A DNA stretch of 64,000 nt. Origin: Monocercomonoides exilis PA203. Its lineage: Eukaryota > Protista > Preaxostyla. The notes beneath the pieces are model-generated. The model was not told where the DNA came from. It did not search any database and saw only the letters and a list, made by a program, of their open reading frames with translations. This document shows, piece by piece, positions 51,701-64,000 of this stretch. The stretch is from NCBI GenBank assembly GCA_001643675.2, contig LSRY02000052.1, positions 62,001-126,000 on the forward strand, read 5' to 3'. The number at the start of each line of letters is the position of its first letter. The first letter of the stretch is position 1. A program made the position numbers and the translations under genes.

Positions 51701-53201
51701 TGAACAAGAATTGGACAACGAGCGAAAGATGAGAATGAAAGAAGAAGAAGAAAGAGCGATAATGTCTGAAGAGAAAGAAGAATTAAACAAAGAAATTGAA
51801 AACATAAGGAAGGAAAGAAAAGAATTGGAAGAAGAATTAGAAAGAATAAGCAATGAATTGATGACAGGAAAAGAAAATGAGGAAAATGATAAGCGAAAGT
51901 CAGAAAATTGCAAAAAGGAAAGAGAAACAGCATTTGTTGAACAACTTAGCACTCTCACAGACAAAATCAAAGAATTAGAAAATCAAAGAAATGCGGCGGA
52001 GAGAGAAATTAGGGATTTGATTGACAAATTGAATGAAAGGGACAACCTTCTTCAAAAAGCCAAAGATGAGATTATGCTGAGTGCGCGCGAGAACAAGCTT
52101 ATTTCCACATGTTTTGTGAATGTTGGGTGGGAAATGATGTTGAAATACAGGGAAGATGTGCTTGATAGAAAAGAAGAAATTGAAAAAATAGATGAGCAAG
52201 AATACAATCGATCGTTGTTGACTTTGCCTTCAAGAAGATTGCATCAAACAGACAATGGCAAAATCTTTGATTTCGTTTCTGAACAGAAATCAGATAATTC
52301 TCGGATGCAACCCATGAAATTGGGCAGTCAAAAGCTTCAAAATGATTTTAAAACGCCATCAACTCAATTCAAACGATCTTCAATACAGCCACCTTCAAAT
52401 TCTACAACTTATTCCCAACCAACATCTTTCACACCTTCATCATCCTCATTTAATGCACTTTTATCTCAACCAGCTTCTAAATCCAATTCTTCATTGATAG
52501 ATAATATCACAAAACAACATATTTCTCCTTATCCAAACGCAACTTCTCAGATTTTTCAGTCATCGCTTGTCCCTTCTCAATCACAACTGACCGCACTATC
52601 CACTTCATCGTTGCATCTGATCTACAAAAATACACCAAAAATAAATCCCACATCATCACTTCCTGTCAACTCCAACAATTCACTTACTTCATTTCCTTTT
52701 TCTTCTGAAGCATCATCAAAGCTATCTTTCATTTCGTCCGCTGTTTCTTCTTCTGCAACATCCGTTCAACTCCCAAATCAGGAGCGAACTTCACAAAAAT
52801 CACCATATGTTTCTGCAATTCACTCACAGTCTGCTCTGATGAATCCAACATCAACACCTGAGGCAAATTACTCATCTCGCAATTCTCGATCAATTGTTCC
52901 ACCTCTGGCACTTCGATCTCTTTCCACATCTCGCACTTCTTCTTTGCCGTCTCCATCTTCTTCTGCTTCTTCTGCTTCTTCATCAAGATTATCCAAAAGA
53001 ATGGCATTTAGTTCATATCACAACCAGACTTCCATCCCAAGTTCTGTTGATCTTCTTGGATCTCAACACATTTCTCCTTCTGTTTCTTCAACTGTGACTT
53101 CATCCGCTTCTTTTACTCTTTCTAATCGAACAAAACGACCTGCTTCTCCAACTATTCCTCGAAAATCTTTCAATCCTGTTCGTTCTTTTTCAAAGTGGTA
53201 A
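48726..53201 (+). CDS. HOOK: HOOK-family coiled-coil dynein adaptor
   Basis: 5' exons encode LCEWVESF...SLKNLEDGETLSKILNYL and QLLLFAS...ECVTHILSLSEESQTVLMTMLQE (Hook domain). A long coiled coil follows. RENKLISTCFVNVG resembles the Hook C-terminal motif. Confidence 0.75.
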
Positions 53202-53319
53202 AACACTCTAACCAAAAATATTCTATTTATAAATAAATATCTTGTTAATTTTTGTGTCTATATGAACAATTCTTTTTCAGTACATGCATTGATGAATTTA
53301 TGTTGTGCTTTGTGTGCAG

Positions 53320-53760
53320 CCAGCGTGTGCTGTGATGTATTACTTCAGGCACGGAGGAGACATCTCGTTCAACCTCCAGGCGCCGATGAACCCGCTGGAG
53401 TATTTTGTGAAGAGCCGGAACTACTACTCAGACCCAGAAACGCTGAAGCAGCGGGAGAAAGAGCAGAAAGAGAGAGAGGAGATGAAGGAGGCGAAGGAGA
53501 TGAAGGAGATGAAGGAGATGAAGATGGAAGGGGAGAAAGGGGCATTGCAGTCGTCTGTGCTGGATTCTGCTTCTGGATCGTCTTCATCTTTGCCTTCATC
53601 TTTGCCTTCATCTTTGTCTTTGTCTTCGTCGTCGTCTTTGTCTTTGGCGTCGCAGATGATGGACATTGAGGATCTGGTGCCTGGGGAGGAGAAGGCTGGG
53701 GCTCTGGGGGAGGATTCGGGGGCGAAGGGTGTTGAGATGGAGATTGAGAGCAAGCCTTAG
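53320..53760 (+). pseudogene. Orphan duplicate of the PRIM2 terminal exon
   Basis: Same translation as 41876-42316. It retains the TGCAG acceptor and ~28 nt of intron but has no upstream PRIM2 exons. Confidence 0.88.
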
Positions 53761-54301
53761 AAGGTGTCTGCTGTTTCCTTTTTGTTGTGTTTTGTGTTTC
53801 CTTTTTTTCTTTTTCTTTTTTTTTCCCAATAAAAATTTTTAAAAAAAAAATCGAACAAACAGATTGTGACAGGGAGATTGGATGGTTTTCTTTTCTTTTC
53901 TTTCCTTTCCTTTTCTTTTTTCTTCTCTTCTCTGTCATCTGCAAGATGAAAAGCAGGGTTGATGTGCCACACAAACAAAAGCAAACAAAAATGTTGAAAA
54001 AACTGGGAGAAAAATCTGGGAGAAAAAACTGGGAGATAAAAAAGGTGCATCGTGTGTGTGGTGGAAATGCCACTGAGAGTGGCAAAGAAAGAGAAAAAGG
54101 GGGGAACAACGCCAGTCGTTCCCAATCAGCAGAGCCCACCGAGTGGGTGTTTGCGGCCACTTTGTGCAGGCCTTGTCTGTGCAGAAGCCACTTCGCTTCT
54201 CCTGCATTTGTTGTTGTTGTTGTTGTTGTTTCTTTGTATTTGCATTTGTCTCACGAGGTTTGAGCCTTTCGGCAGGGCAGCAGCGGAGGAGCGCTTGGTG
54301 C

Positions 54302-57300
54302 TCATCTCAGCGTTGTCTGCCCGCTGGGCTCCAACAGGTCGCTGGAGGCGGCTGTGCTGGGTGGCTGGGACTGGCAGCCGAGGGTGATTGCATCGGATGC
54401 TGTGGGCACAGCTGCGCCCTTCGGAAACCGCTGGATGAGCTCGCGCTTTGCCTGCACGAGCGACGGCCGGGAGCCAGGGTCGTGCTCGAGACACATCCTG
54501 ACTGCATCGAGCAGGGTGCTTCCGCCTGCTGCCCCCAGCCTTGGCCTCTCCCCGTTCGCGATCTTCTGCCCTGCCACCTCGGCCGGATACTCTCCAAACG
54601 GGATCTGGAGCGCCAGGCACTCCCACAGCATCATCCCGATCGAGAACGCCACCGACTCCTTTGTTGCCCCCATCTTCTTGCTCATCTGCAGCTCCGGCGC
54701 CTTCCACCTCAGGCACTCCTTCCAATTGTCATCTGCATCCTCAAACGCAGATGAGGGCAGCGAGTCTCTATCATCATCATCATCATCATCATCGCTGGCA
54801 GATGTCACAACAGTTGACGAAGAGATGGAGGATGAGTCGGAATCGTCTGAAGATGAACAGTCGGAGTGGAGGGCAATGCAGATCACCATGTGCTCTGAGA
54901 ACAGCACAATGTGGGGGCTGAGATTGGCCAGCGAAGACAATCCGTTTTCCATCTCGTCAAAGGAGTGGAGTGCGAGATTCGCCACCCAGAACAGGATCTG
55001 AGCAGCTGTCATTTCCCTCTCCTCCAAAGTGCCAATTGCCATCTCCTTCTTCTCGTTCCTTCCATGCAGCAGCATGAACAGCGAATCCCTCAGGTCCACA
55101 ATCAGCTTCTCATGAGGCGATGAACAGGCCATCGCATCCACAAGGTTTGACATGGATGAGGTGGTTGGGCACAGACTCTCTGATCGAACAAAAGTCGAAT
55201 CTGAGTCAGTTGTTGAAGTGGATGAGATGGATGAGATGGATGGTGATGGTGTTCTCTTTCTTGTCTCTTCCTCTTCAACCTTTTCCAATGCCCAATCAGG
55301 AATCTTGTCTGAATCCTTTCCCAAAATATATTCAGTGGAGCCACTCTCACTCAAAAGATGCTCCGATGACTCTGAGTGTCCCAAGCTATTCTCATACACT
55401 CTCTTCTTGAACCTCTCCTCATTCTTCTTCTCAGCCTCTCTTTCTGCCCTCCTCCACTGCTCCTCTGGTGACATCTCCATTGTCACCATCTCGAACGCCT
55501 TCGGATCTTTTCTGATATTATCATTCACAATCACCTCCAACTCTTCTGTTCTCCTCTTTTGCTTTCTCCAACGGACTGTGGCAGCAACCGACACCGCCAG
55601 CGCAGCGAGGAACAGCAGGCCGAAGGCAACGAGGAGGAGCACGAGCCAGGACGGGAGTGCCGGTGCGGCAGCCTCGGCCGGGTGGGCAGCGCTGGCAGGC
55701 TCTGACCTGTTTTTGAGGACGAGGGGTGGTGTTGCACACAGCGCGCCGTCAGCCCCGCCAAACAGGACAGCAACGCTGATTTCGGCAGAGGGGGGTGCAG
55801 AGGCAAAGGTGGCCAGCGGGACACGCCCCCGCGCCTCGCTCTCCGACACATACCCGTCGTCTGCGAACTCGTGGCTGTCGACCACATCCACGCCGTCTGC
55901 GCTTGTGACGAGGCGGAAGGCGAGGCTGCAGGGCAGGAGGAGCGCCCCGCGGAGGGTGAGCGCCATGTGGCTGCCATCCTCCTGGGCAGCAGCAGACGAC
56001 AGCACCGGGACGAAGAAGGGCGAGGGGCGGTCGGGGATGATGCCGGCCAGGCGGCACCCCTCGTTCCGGATCCACAGGGAAGGGGCATCGGGGGTGCCGT
56101 CTCCGCCCTTCAGGCTTGCGATGGCGAGGGTGCCGGGGCCGGTGCAGAGGATGTTTCTGCGGGCAGAGGGGTAGTGCGGGGCAGCTGGGCTGTTGGCAAA
56201 CATCCGGGCGTCGGCCATTGCGATGCTGCTGGCAGCGGCAGCGATGCCCCCGAGCGGCGAGTGCGAGACTGTGGTGTCGCTGAGCGTGGCGGTGCAGTTG
56301 GCGAACGCAACAAGCGAGGTGTTCCAGGCGCACAGCTCGTCTCGGCCAGTGTTGCCGGGCTGGCTGTGCTCGCTCTGGCCGGCAGCTGTGCCCTCGAACA
56401 CACACGAGCTCAGGGCTGCAGCCGGGCTGTGTGCGAGCAACGCCAGACTGCCGAGGGAGGCGCCGGCTGACAGGCAGCCCGAGAGCGTGCAGTTGGAGAG
56501 GCGGAGGGCACCCCCGCCCATGCTGCAGCGGAAGCAGGATGCTGCATCGGCCGACGAGATGTTTGCGAGGCTGGCCAGGGAGCATGCAAAGGAGCGTCTG
56601 TCTGCTCCGTCCGCCTCTGCCCCGCCGCTGTTGGCCACCTCCACAAACGACCCGTGCTCGATGGCGCAGTCTGATGCCTCGAGCCCCTCTGCCGAGCTGC
56701 AGGCATCGGCCATCATGAGTGCGCATCGGGTGGTGCTGACTGCCTGCACCACCAGTCGGCGCACCGCCACCCTCCCTTCTGTGCACTGCACAATCGATGT
56801 GCACCTCACGCTGTCCACACGCACCTCCTCCAGCCGCACCTCGCTCTCGGCACACAACAGAAGGGTCGGGAGGGAGGCGCTACTGCCTGTCCCGCCTGCT
56901 CCTCCCTCTCCTCCCTCTCCTCCCTCTCCTCGGAACTCGCACCCCACAAACGAGGCGTTGGCCGAGCGATCGGCACACACAAGCGAGGAGTGCGAGGGGA
57001 GGTCGGCCGGGAGGGCAAAGCACACGTTCTCCACAACCACCCGGCCGCTCACACACACCACGCTCTGCTGCGTGTGCTGCGTGGGGGGCAGGCGAGGGGC
57101 GATGCTCACGCTGGCCATGGCTCTGGCCACGGAGTTGACCTCGAGGTTGGCGAAGCTGCACTGGGTGTCGATGGTGCTGGAGGTGCGGATGAGGAGGCGC
57201 GAGGCACAGTCGGCGATGAGGTGCTGGAGGGCGTGGGGGACTGTGCGGCAGGGCGCATCCACCTTCCCGCACTGCCGCCCGTCTGCTCCGCCGCTGCCGG

Positions 57301-60300
57301 GCTGCGTGGACACCACAATGGTGCTCTGCTGGTAGATCGTCACATAGTCCATCAGATCGACAGGCGCAGCGTGTGTGGCGTCGCTGCCGAAGATGGCGTC
57401 GAAGCGGTTGTACACGTCTGGCCGCAGGTCAAGGCGGAACTGGGACTCGCTGATCTGGGCAGCGATGGACACGCACTCCACAAAGACGTCTCTGCCCTTC
57501 CACGCGCTGTTCCCGCTGAACACAACCCCCCCGGAACACAAAGTCCAGCGCACCCTGCCCCTCCGCCTTCACATACACCCCGCCCCCTTTCCCTGCTCCC
57601 TGCGAGCACTGGCACCCCCCTGATCCTGCTGCTGCTCACATCCAGCGCCCCCGCCTCCCCAAGCACAAACAGCATCATCCCGCCCCTCTCCGACCTGTCT
57701 GACCGGCACGCCTCAAACACACTCTCGTTCACCAGCAGCGCAGCCGACCCGGCCGGCGTGTCCACAAACACACTCGCCTCCCCACCCCCTGCTGTCACCC
57801 TCTCGAACGACGATCCGTTCACCTCGAGCGCCGGTGCCTCGTTCCTGCCCTGCGGCCCGTCCCCGAGCTGCCGGATGACCCCTCTGCTGGCTGTGATGTC
57901 TGCCAGCACCACGCTCTGCAGCACGCACGAGCACCCCCTCTGCCACTCAAACACCGCCTCCCCGAAGCTCAGCCCAGATGCCTCCAGCCCAGTGACATGC
58001 AGAGCCCCGCCGAGGACTGCCACAAACTTGAGGTCGGCGAAGCGCACTCCTGCTGTGCCTGCACTCAGCACACACCCGGCAATGCACAGCTCTCCTGCTG
58101 CGCTGCACACCGCTATTCCCGCAGCATCGGCCAGCGTGTGGTCGAGAACCATGCAGACACTCGCAAACGATAGGTGCCCCGAATTCCGGGCCAGCCCGTT
58201 GCTCATCGAGTCTGCCTCGGGCTTCTTCAGCACAAGCTTTGCAGCTGGTGTGGTCTCGCCAGACTCTGGATCTGACTCTGACTCTGACTCTGGATCTGAC
58301 TCTGGTTCTGCCGGTGCTGCCATGCCAGCCACTGAGCAGTTGGACAGGTCGAACGAGTTGCACAGGGTGGCTGAGTCGCCGACCAGCAGGCTTGCAGCCT
58401 CCACGCTCCTGTCGAGCTGGCCCACCGCCTTCCAGAATGTGGCGCAGGGGTGCTGCTCGCTCCCGCACCCTGCCATGTCGTATCCGGTCGAGGCGACGGA
58501 GACTTCTGGGGCGTGGCGCTGCACCAAAAACAGATACAGATCGAGGGACGGCTGCTGGAAGCGGTGGCGGTCGCAGCCCATCATGTCGATTGACTTCTCG
58601 CCGCTGGGTGTTGCAAGTGGCATCAGGAACTTGGAGGGGCAGAGGGTGTCGTTGAGGTCGTCGCACACCAGGAACAGGTCCCTCCCGCACTGGGCACAGT
58701 TGCTGCCGAACGAGGTGGCCTCCACCAAGTAGTTGCTGGTCGACCCTTCAGGCAGCGAGGCATGGATGCCGCCGCCTCTCCCGCCGCCGCCTGTGATGCC
58801 GCTGTTTGTGATGGTGGAGTTGGCCAGGACCAGAGCGCCTGCAGCAAGGAGGGTGCACTTCACGATCCCGCCCTCTGGCGCCCTTGACCTGCAGCAGTCG
58901 AAGCAGCAGCCATCTGCCACCTCTGCCTTCTCGCACCCCTCCGCACACACCAGCGGCCCTTCTGCCTCGGTGGATGTCCAGTCTGATGCTGCCACCTCCA
59001 CCGACCCCCATCCATCGACACAACCCCGCTGTCTGCCGGAAACGAGAGATGCGCAATGTGCACCTTGGCCAGCCGCACCGCACCCCCGCGCCCTCTTGCA
59101 ATCCACAAGCCGGCTTCTCTCCTCCTCTCTGCCTCTCCCCCGAACGAGCACCCGTTGAGGCTCAGCACTCCTCCCTCGACCGAGACCATGTGCCCAGCAG
59201 CAGAGGATGGCGGGAGATCGAAGCAGAGGCTGGAGAGCACCAGCGTGGCAGGGCCTGTCCCAGCTGTCTGCACCGTCAGCTGCCCGTCCGCCCCCAGAAC
59301 GAACAGGGACGGGCTGGCTGCAGACTGCCCGCAGATTGTGAGCGACAGCCCGCCCCGGCCCATGGTCTCGTGCAGGGCGCACGAGTCGAGGATGCACAGG
59401 GTTGTCTGGTCTGGCCGCATCCTGCCCAGCCCATACACTACATCGCCGCACGGGTCCAGATCGTCTCCACATCGCGGGTCTGCGCTTCCGCCGCTCTTCA
59501 CAAGCACTGTGGGGAGCTGCGGTGGGAACAAGAAATACAGCACCGAGCGGCTGATGTGCGGGTCTGCCTCTGCATCCACCACCCACTTGTCTGCCTCGTC
59601 TTCCCCCTCCCTCACCGATCCTGCCCACCGCTCGTTCACCAGCGCATCGCGGGGGCTGTCTGTGACAACAAACACGTCTCTCCCCATCTGCGCCCTGTTC
59701 CCGCTGAATGCTGTGTTCTTCACCAAATACTCCACATCGACCTCGTCCAGCTTCATCCAGACACCCCCGCCTGCACACGAGCTCTCGTCGACACAGCACC
59801 CGCTCAGCTCTGCCTCTTCAATCGTCAGGCTGTGGCCTCCTCCCACACACCCTTCCATCCCTCCTCCGCCCCCGCTGAGCCTTGCCACCCCCGAGAGTGC
59901 CGAGTGGATCACACTCAGGGTGCACTCGCTTGTGAAGGCGAGTGCTGCACTTGAGTGTGTCCAGAAGTGGGCGAGGGTGGTTGTGTTGATGAGTGTGCTT
60001 CCTCCGCACAGGGTGAAAAGCGGGCTGCGAAGCGGGGTGTCGGCCGAGTGGTCGGGGTCGGGCGATATGCTGCAGTTGTGGAGCTGGAGCGTGCCAGTGG
60101 AGGTGAGGGCAAACAGCGAGGTGGCTGGAGAGGACTTTGCAGTGTTGTGGAGGATGCCGAAGGAGGTGAGCTTCAGAGAGCCGGTGGAGACCGAAAACAG
60201 CGAGCCATCCGATATCGACGAGACCACCACCACCTCCTCCCCGCTCCCCGATTTTGCAAGCTCGATGTGGGCTGTGCCGCACACACAGTTCGTCTCCACG

Positions 60301-62031
60301 TATGTGGAGGAGTCGACCGAGACGAGGGAGGGTGCGGCTCTTGTGCTGTCGACCACGCTGACAGCATATGCGAGTGTCCTGCACTTTCGCTGGTTCAGGC
60401 CACATGCCTGGTGGTCGATCCCCTCTGCTCCACTCACCCTGATCCCCTCAAAGAACCCGGTCCAGATCCACTCGCTGCTCACATCATCCTCTCCGATCAT
60501 CACCAGCCTGCCTCCGCTGCTCATCGACCGGCACTCCACCACCATCCCTGCACTCACCTTCCCCACCCAGTTCTTCCGAAACGAGATATCCTTTGCACCC
60601 AGCCGTGCTGTGTTCAGCTCGAAATAGCAGAAGCGCACACTCGCAGTCCATGCTCCGCCATAGTTCCCATCCCCACAGAAGTCGATTCCTCCTCCATATG
60701 CTGCGGTACAGTTGAAAAGTTTGCAGTCGGTGATGGTGATGTTTGTTCCATCCCCAATCAGAATCCCTCCTCCCGAAAGAGATGGCATCCCTTGTGTCTC
60801 TGTGCATGACAATATCTCGCACTGTGATATCATCACATTTTTGGGAACTCTGTTGAGATACAGGCATCCGCCAGTATTCACACACTCACACAACGAGAAA
60901 TTGGACTTCGAAACAACCAAGCCAAGGTTGTAGTCGCTGAACAGAAAACCTGCATAACCCTGTGATGAACATTCAATTCCTCGTGATGAGTTGATGATTG
61001 TTTGTGTTGTCACGTTGCTTGAAATTTGTATTGCTCCTCCAACATTTTTGCATGAACAACGAACAAAATCACACTCTGTGATGGAAAGGGTGCAGTTGAC
61101 CGAGTGAAGAATTGCACCTCCATTATCTCCCGAAAACGAATCAAAGAGGGTGTTGGTGAAGGAGATTGGCTCGCTGCCTGATGTTTCCACACGCTCAGGC
61201 TGGATGTGCTTGGTTGTGCATCTGACAAAGGAGGTGTTTGCCACACAAAACCCTCCGTGATTCTGGGTGCCCCACACGAGCGTGCCCTGCATGGGAGATG
61301 CCACACCCTCGATTCGGGTGTTGGCCATGTGCTCGTGTGCACCAGTGCAGACAGCGCATGTGGTGGCAGATGCACACCCTGTTATGTTGCTGAACGAGCA
61401 CCCATCCACAAAGCACGACTGCCCATTGTTGGCGCTGATGAACGGGGAAGACGAGGAAAGCTCAAAAGCACCAAACGAGCACGAGGAAACAGCAGCCGCT
61501 TTGCCCGGCATCGGGGCAGCTGGCTGCTGGCCCATTGGTGCCAGAAGGGAAGGGAGGCGGCAGGTGGTGGATGTGGCTGGAAGGGTGATGTTCACAATGT
61601 GCGACACGCCTCCAGAGACAACAAACGAAGAGTCCGTGCCCATCCCTGTGGCAGCGAGAAGACAGCTCTGGATGGTGATGTCTGAGCAGATGTCAGCCAG
61701 AACCATGTGGCCAGCACACCTGCTGCTCAGGTGCAGGCAGTTCACACACAGCGAGGCGTTGTGCAAACACACCCACGATTCGCGATGCATGCTTTCACCC
61801 TCGACTCTGCTGATTCCTTCTTCGCGTTGTGCATGGGGGTCTGCTGAGCAAGGGAGTGTTGTTTCATGGGACAAAACAAATGAAGAGAAACGAAAAGTGG
61901 GTTTGCACACCAAGCGATGTTCTGCCTTTGGCACTGTTTCTGACGGCTGTTCTGTGTGCATGGGCAGCGAAATCGATGGCACAGCTGCACACCCCGCCTT
62001 CCGAGAGTGCCAGCAGAAAAAACAGAAACAT
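54302..62031 (-). pseudogene. Receptor pseudokinase copy 2; three 1-bp indels in G/C homopolymers (real pseudogene or consensus errors)
   Basis: Mirror of 33642-41370. Indels at 59005-59009 (C5 vs G6), 57615-57620 (C6 vs G5) and 57526-57532 (C7 vs G6). No nonsense substitutions were seen. Confidence 0.7.
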
Positions 62032-62534
62032 GTTTGGCTGAATGGATTGATCGTAATATTCGTAATTTTTATGTTTGTGCATTTGCTTTTTATGGAATTT
62101 TTGAAAACAAAGCATTATTCATATTTTTCCTGTTCTTTGATTTTTTGGTTCCTTTTTTTCACAATTGATAAACAATTTTTCTATCTAAAAAAAACACTTT
62201 TTGTTTGAGGTTTTTTGTTTTTTCACTGAAAATTCAATTTTTTATTTGCCTTAAATGTTTTCGATGAATATTATTTTGAGTTGTCATTCCTTTTGAAAAA
62301 TCTAAAATTGTTTCATGAAACACATTGAATTACGAATGCAGCTTCTATTCAAAGAGTGAAAGTGAAATTGTCATTCAATCTCCAAAAGTTTTCCAAAAAA
62401 AGTTTCTCAAAAAGAAATTGAATTTAGAAATATTCTGAATCAAATGAGTTCAAGGTTCAAAAAAATTGAAGTGCTCTTTTTATTCCTTTCTTTTTGAAAT
62501 GTGAGATTCTTAATTTCATTGAATTCTAATAATA

Positions 62535-63764
62535 GGTATGACCTTCGATCATGGAATCCTTTTTGATCTGTTCCAAAAACATAATTAAAAAATTCAAATT
62601 GAATTTTTTGTTTCACTAATTTGTTCAGAATAATGGAAATTGAGGAAATTTCAATTGAAATAAATTCTCCTCATATCTTATTCGAAACATTCAGCAACAG
62701 TGAAAGCAGTTTGCACTGGTTATTCGATCATAAAACATATTTCCAATTCAAAGAAATGCTCACTATGCAACGATGATATGTATTTCTAATCATATAAAAC
62801 AGGAAGATTTGTTTATCATTGCGGAAAATGCAAATGTAATAATTCTATTTTAATAAGTACTCCTTTTTTCCATACAAAAGCAAAAATTGAACTCATATTA
62901 CAAGTGATTTTATTATTTCACTTAGGCCTGCAGCAGCTTCAGGCCAGATCTCTTGCAGGTCTTGGTGAAAAAATAACGGGGGAAATTTTTGCAATTTGCC
63001 GGAAAACTTGTTATTCGGAATTCTTCTCAAAAAAGAAAAATTAGGAGGTGTTGGAAAGGTTGTCGAATTGGATGAGTGTTTGTTACGGAAAAGGAAGTAT
63101 CATTGGGGCAGATTCAAAAAACATGTTTGGATATTTAGAATCTATGAAAGAAATCCTTTGTGAAACAAAACATTTATTATTCCAGTGAAAAAAAGGGATT
63201 CAAAAACTCTGCCTAATATAATTACAATAACCGTTGAGCATGGGACAATGATATATTCAGATTGTTGGAAAGCTGACTCAAAGTTGCAAGAGTTAGGTTT
63301 GGGGTCCTTAACAGTTGATCAAAGAAAGGAATTTAAAAATAAAACAACAAATTGTCTTGCAAATAACACCGAAGCTGTCTAAAGTAGGTTAAGAAGGTAT
63401 TTGCCACCAAATGGAACTAGTTTGCGTCACATTGAAGGTTTCATTGCTTCATTAAAATTGTAAAAAAAATAGAAAAAGTTTCAATACAGAAGTTATTTGA
63501 AATTGTTTTTGGATGTAATCCAGAGAGATACGAGAAAACATATTATAAAGTTTACGAAATAAGTGAAGATGAAACTGAAACAGCAACGAGCAGCATTTCA
63601 TCCGTTGGAACAGATGACACAGATGCAACAATTCATTCGATTGAGAAAAAAACGGAAGATGACGAAGAAAAAGCTTCCAGTTGGGAAGGATCTGATACAG
63701 TTAAATTTTTTGAGTTATTATTTGTTGACACAAAAATTTTCATTTCAAAGCTCATTGAAAAAAT
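62535..63764 (+). mobile_element. Merlin transposon copy 2, decayed and lacking the 3' TIR
   Basis: 5' TIR at 62535-62568. The transposase remnant has several stops (e.g. NPL*, EAV*). Similarity to copy 1 ends at ~63764. Confidence 0.88.
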
Positions 63765-63779
63765 TTGAAAACTTAATAT

Positions 63780-64000
63780 GGGTGATTGTTTTTGAAATCA
63801 TATTTTTTGGGACAAACTTTTCGATTTGAAAATTTTGTTTTGAATTTTTGTGCATAAACACATAAAAATGACAACTCCTATAAATTCCATCTTTCAATTT
63901 CTTTTTCATCAATTTTAGTCTTTTGACACAATTGAAATGATTTTCACATTTCAATGATAAAAACATTTTCTCTGACAGTGAATTATAATAATTATCCTCA
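63780..64000. mobile_element. MITE family A copy, inverted relative to 30720-30977 and running off the window
   Basis: Begins AT|GGGTGATTGTTTTTGAAATC and continues with similarity to the reverse complement of the right end of 30720-30977. Confidence 0.65.

Larger units (their letters stand above)
53292..63764. repeat. Right arm of ~10.4-kb inverted segmental duplication
   Basis: Reverse-complement match to 31906-42344. Confidence 0.95.

Noticed and set aside
31835-63764. A single giant composite transposon that mobilised the whole 32 kb
   Set aside because: The outer TIR of copy 2 is absent within the window, no shared TSD is visible, and the spacer holds ordinary intron-rich housekeeping genes.
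1-64000. CRISPR arrays, rRNA, tRNA and prokaryotic operons or defence systems
   Set aside because: None were recognised. The DNA is eukaryotic with spliceosomal introns, and the IS1595-like transposase fits the eukaryotic Merlin superfamily. Small ncRNAs could be missed by eye.

Overview
Intron-containing eukaryotic DNA with AT-rich intergenic regions, short GT-AG introns and the standard genetic code. The gene families and intron style suggest an anaerobic flagellate such as the oxymonad Monocercomonoides; this is an inference from recalled family patterns, not a database result. The left half (1-31 kb) carries a secreted saposin-like peptide with an acidic pro-region, a ~1,800-aa multi-pass membrane protein (TmcB/TmcC-like TM plus TPR) ending in a complete hemerythrin di-iron domain, ODAD2/ARMC4, an MFS transporter, a bacterial-like uncharacterised domain split by large Ser-rich inserts, a nucleotide-sugar transporter, a decayed Cys-rich surface-protein gene and several MITEs. 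The right half (31.9-63.8 kb) is a ~32-kb inverted duplication with ~10.4-kb arms. Each arm holds a Merlin/IS1595-type transposon relic, a ~2,550-aa Cys-rich beta-helix receptor with a pseudokinase tail, and the last exon of the primase large subunit. The ~10.9-kb spacer holds housekeeping genes (PRIM2, p24/TMED, PRL phosphatase, LRRC23, HOOK). The arms are mosaic: nearly identical centrally, diverged at the receptor N-terminal tip and in a cytoplasmic patch, with identity dropping abruptly inside the transposon. The strongest candidates for novelty are the membrane-anchored hemerythrin (possible O2/NO/iron sensor) and the transposon-bounded inverted receptor locus. Exon models were read by eye and homologies are from recalled motifs; no searches were run.
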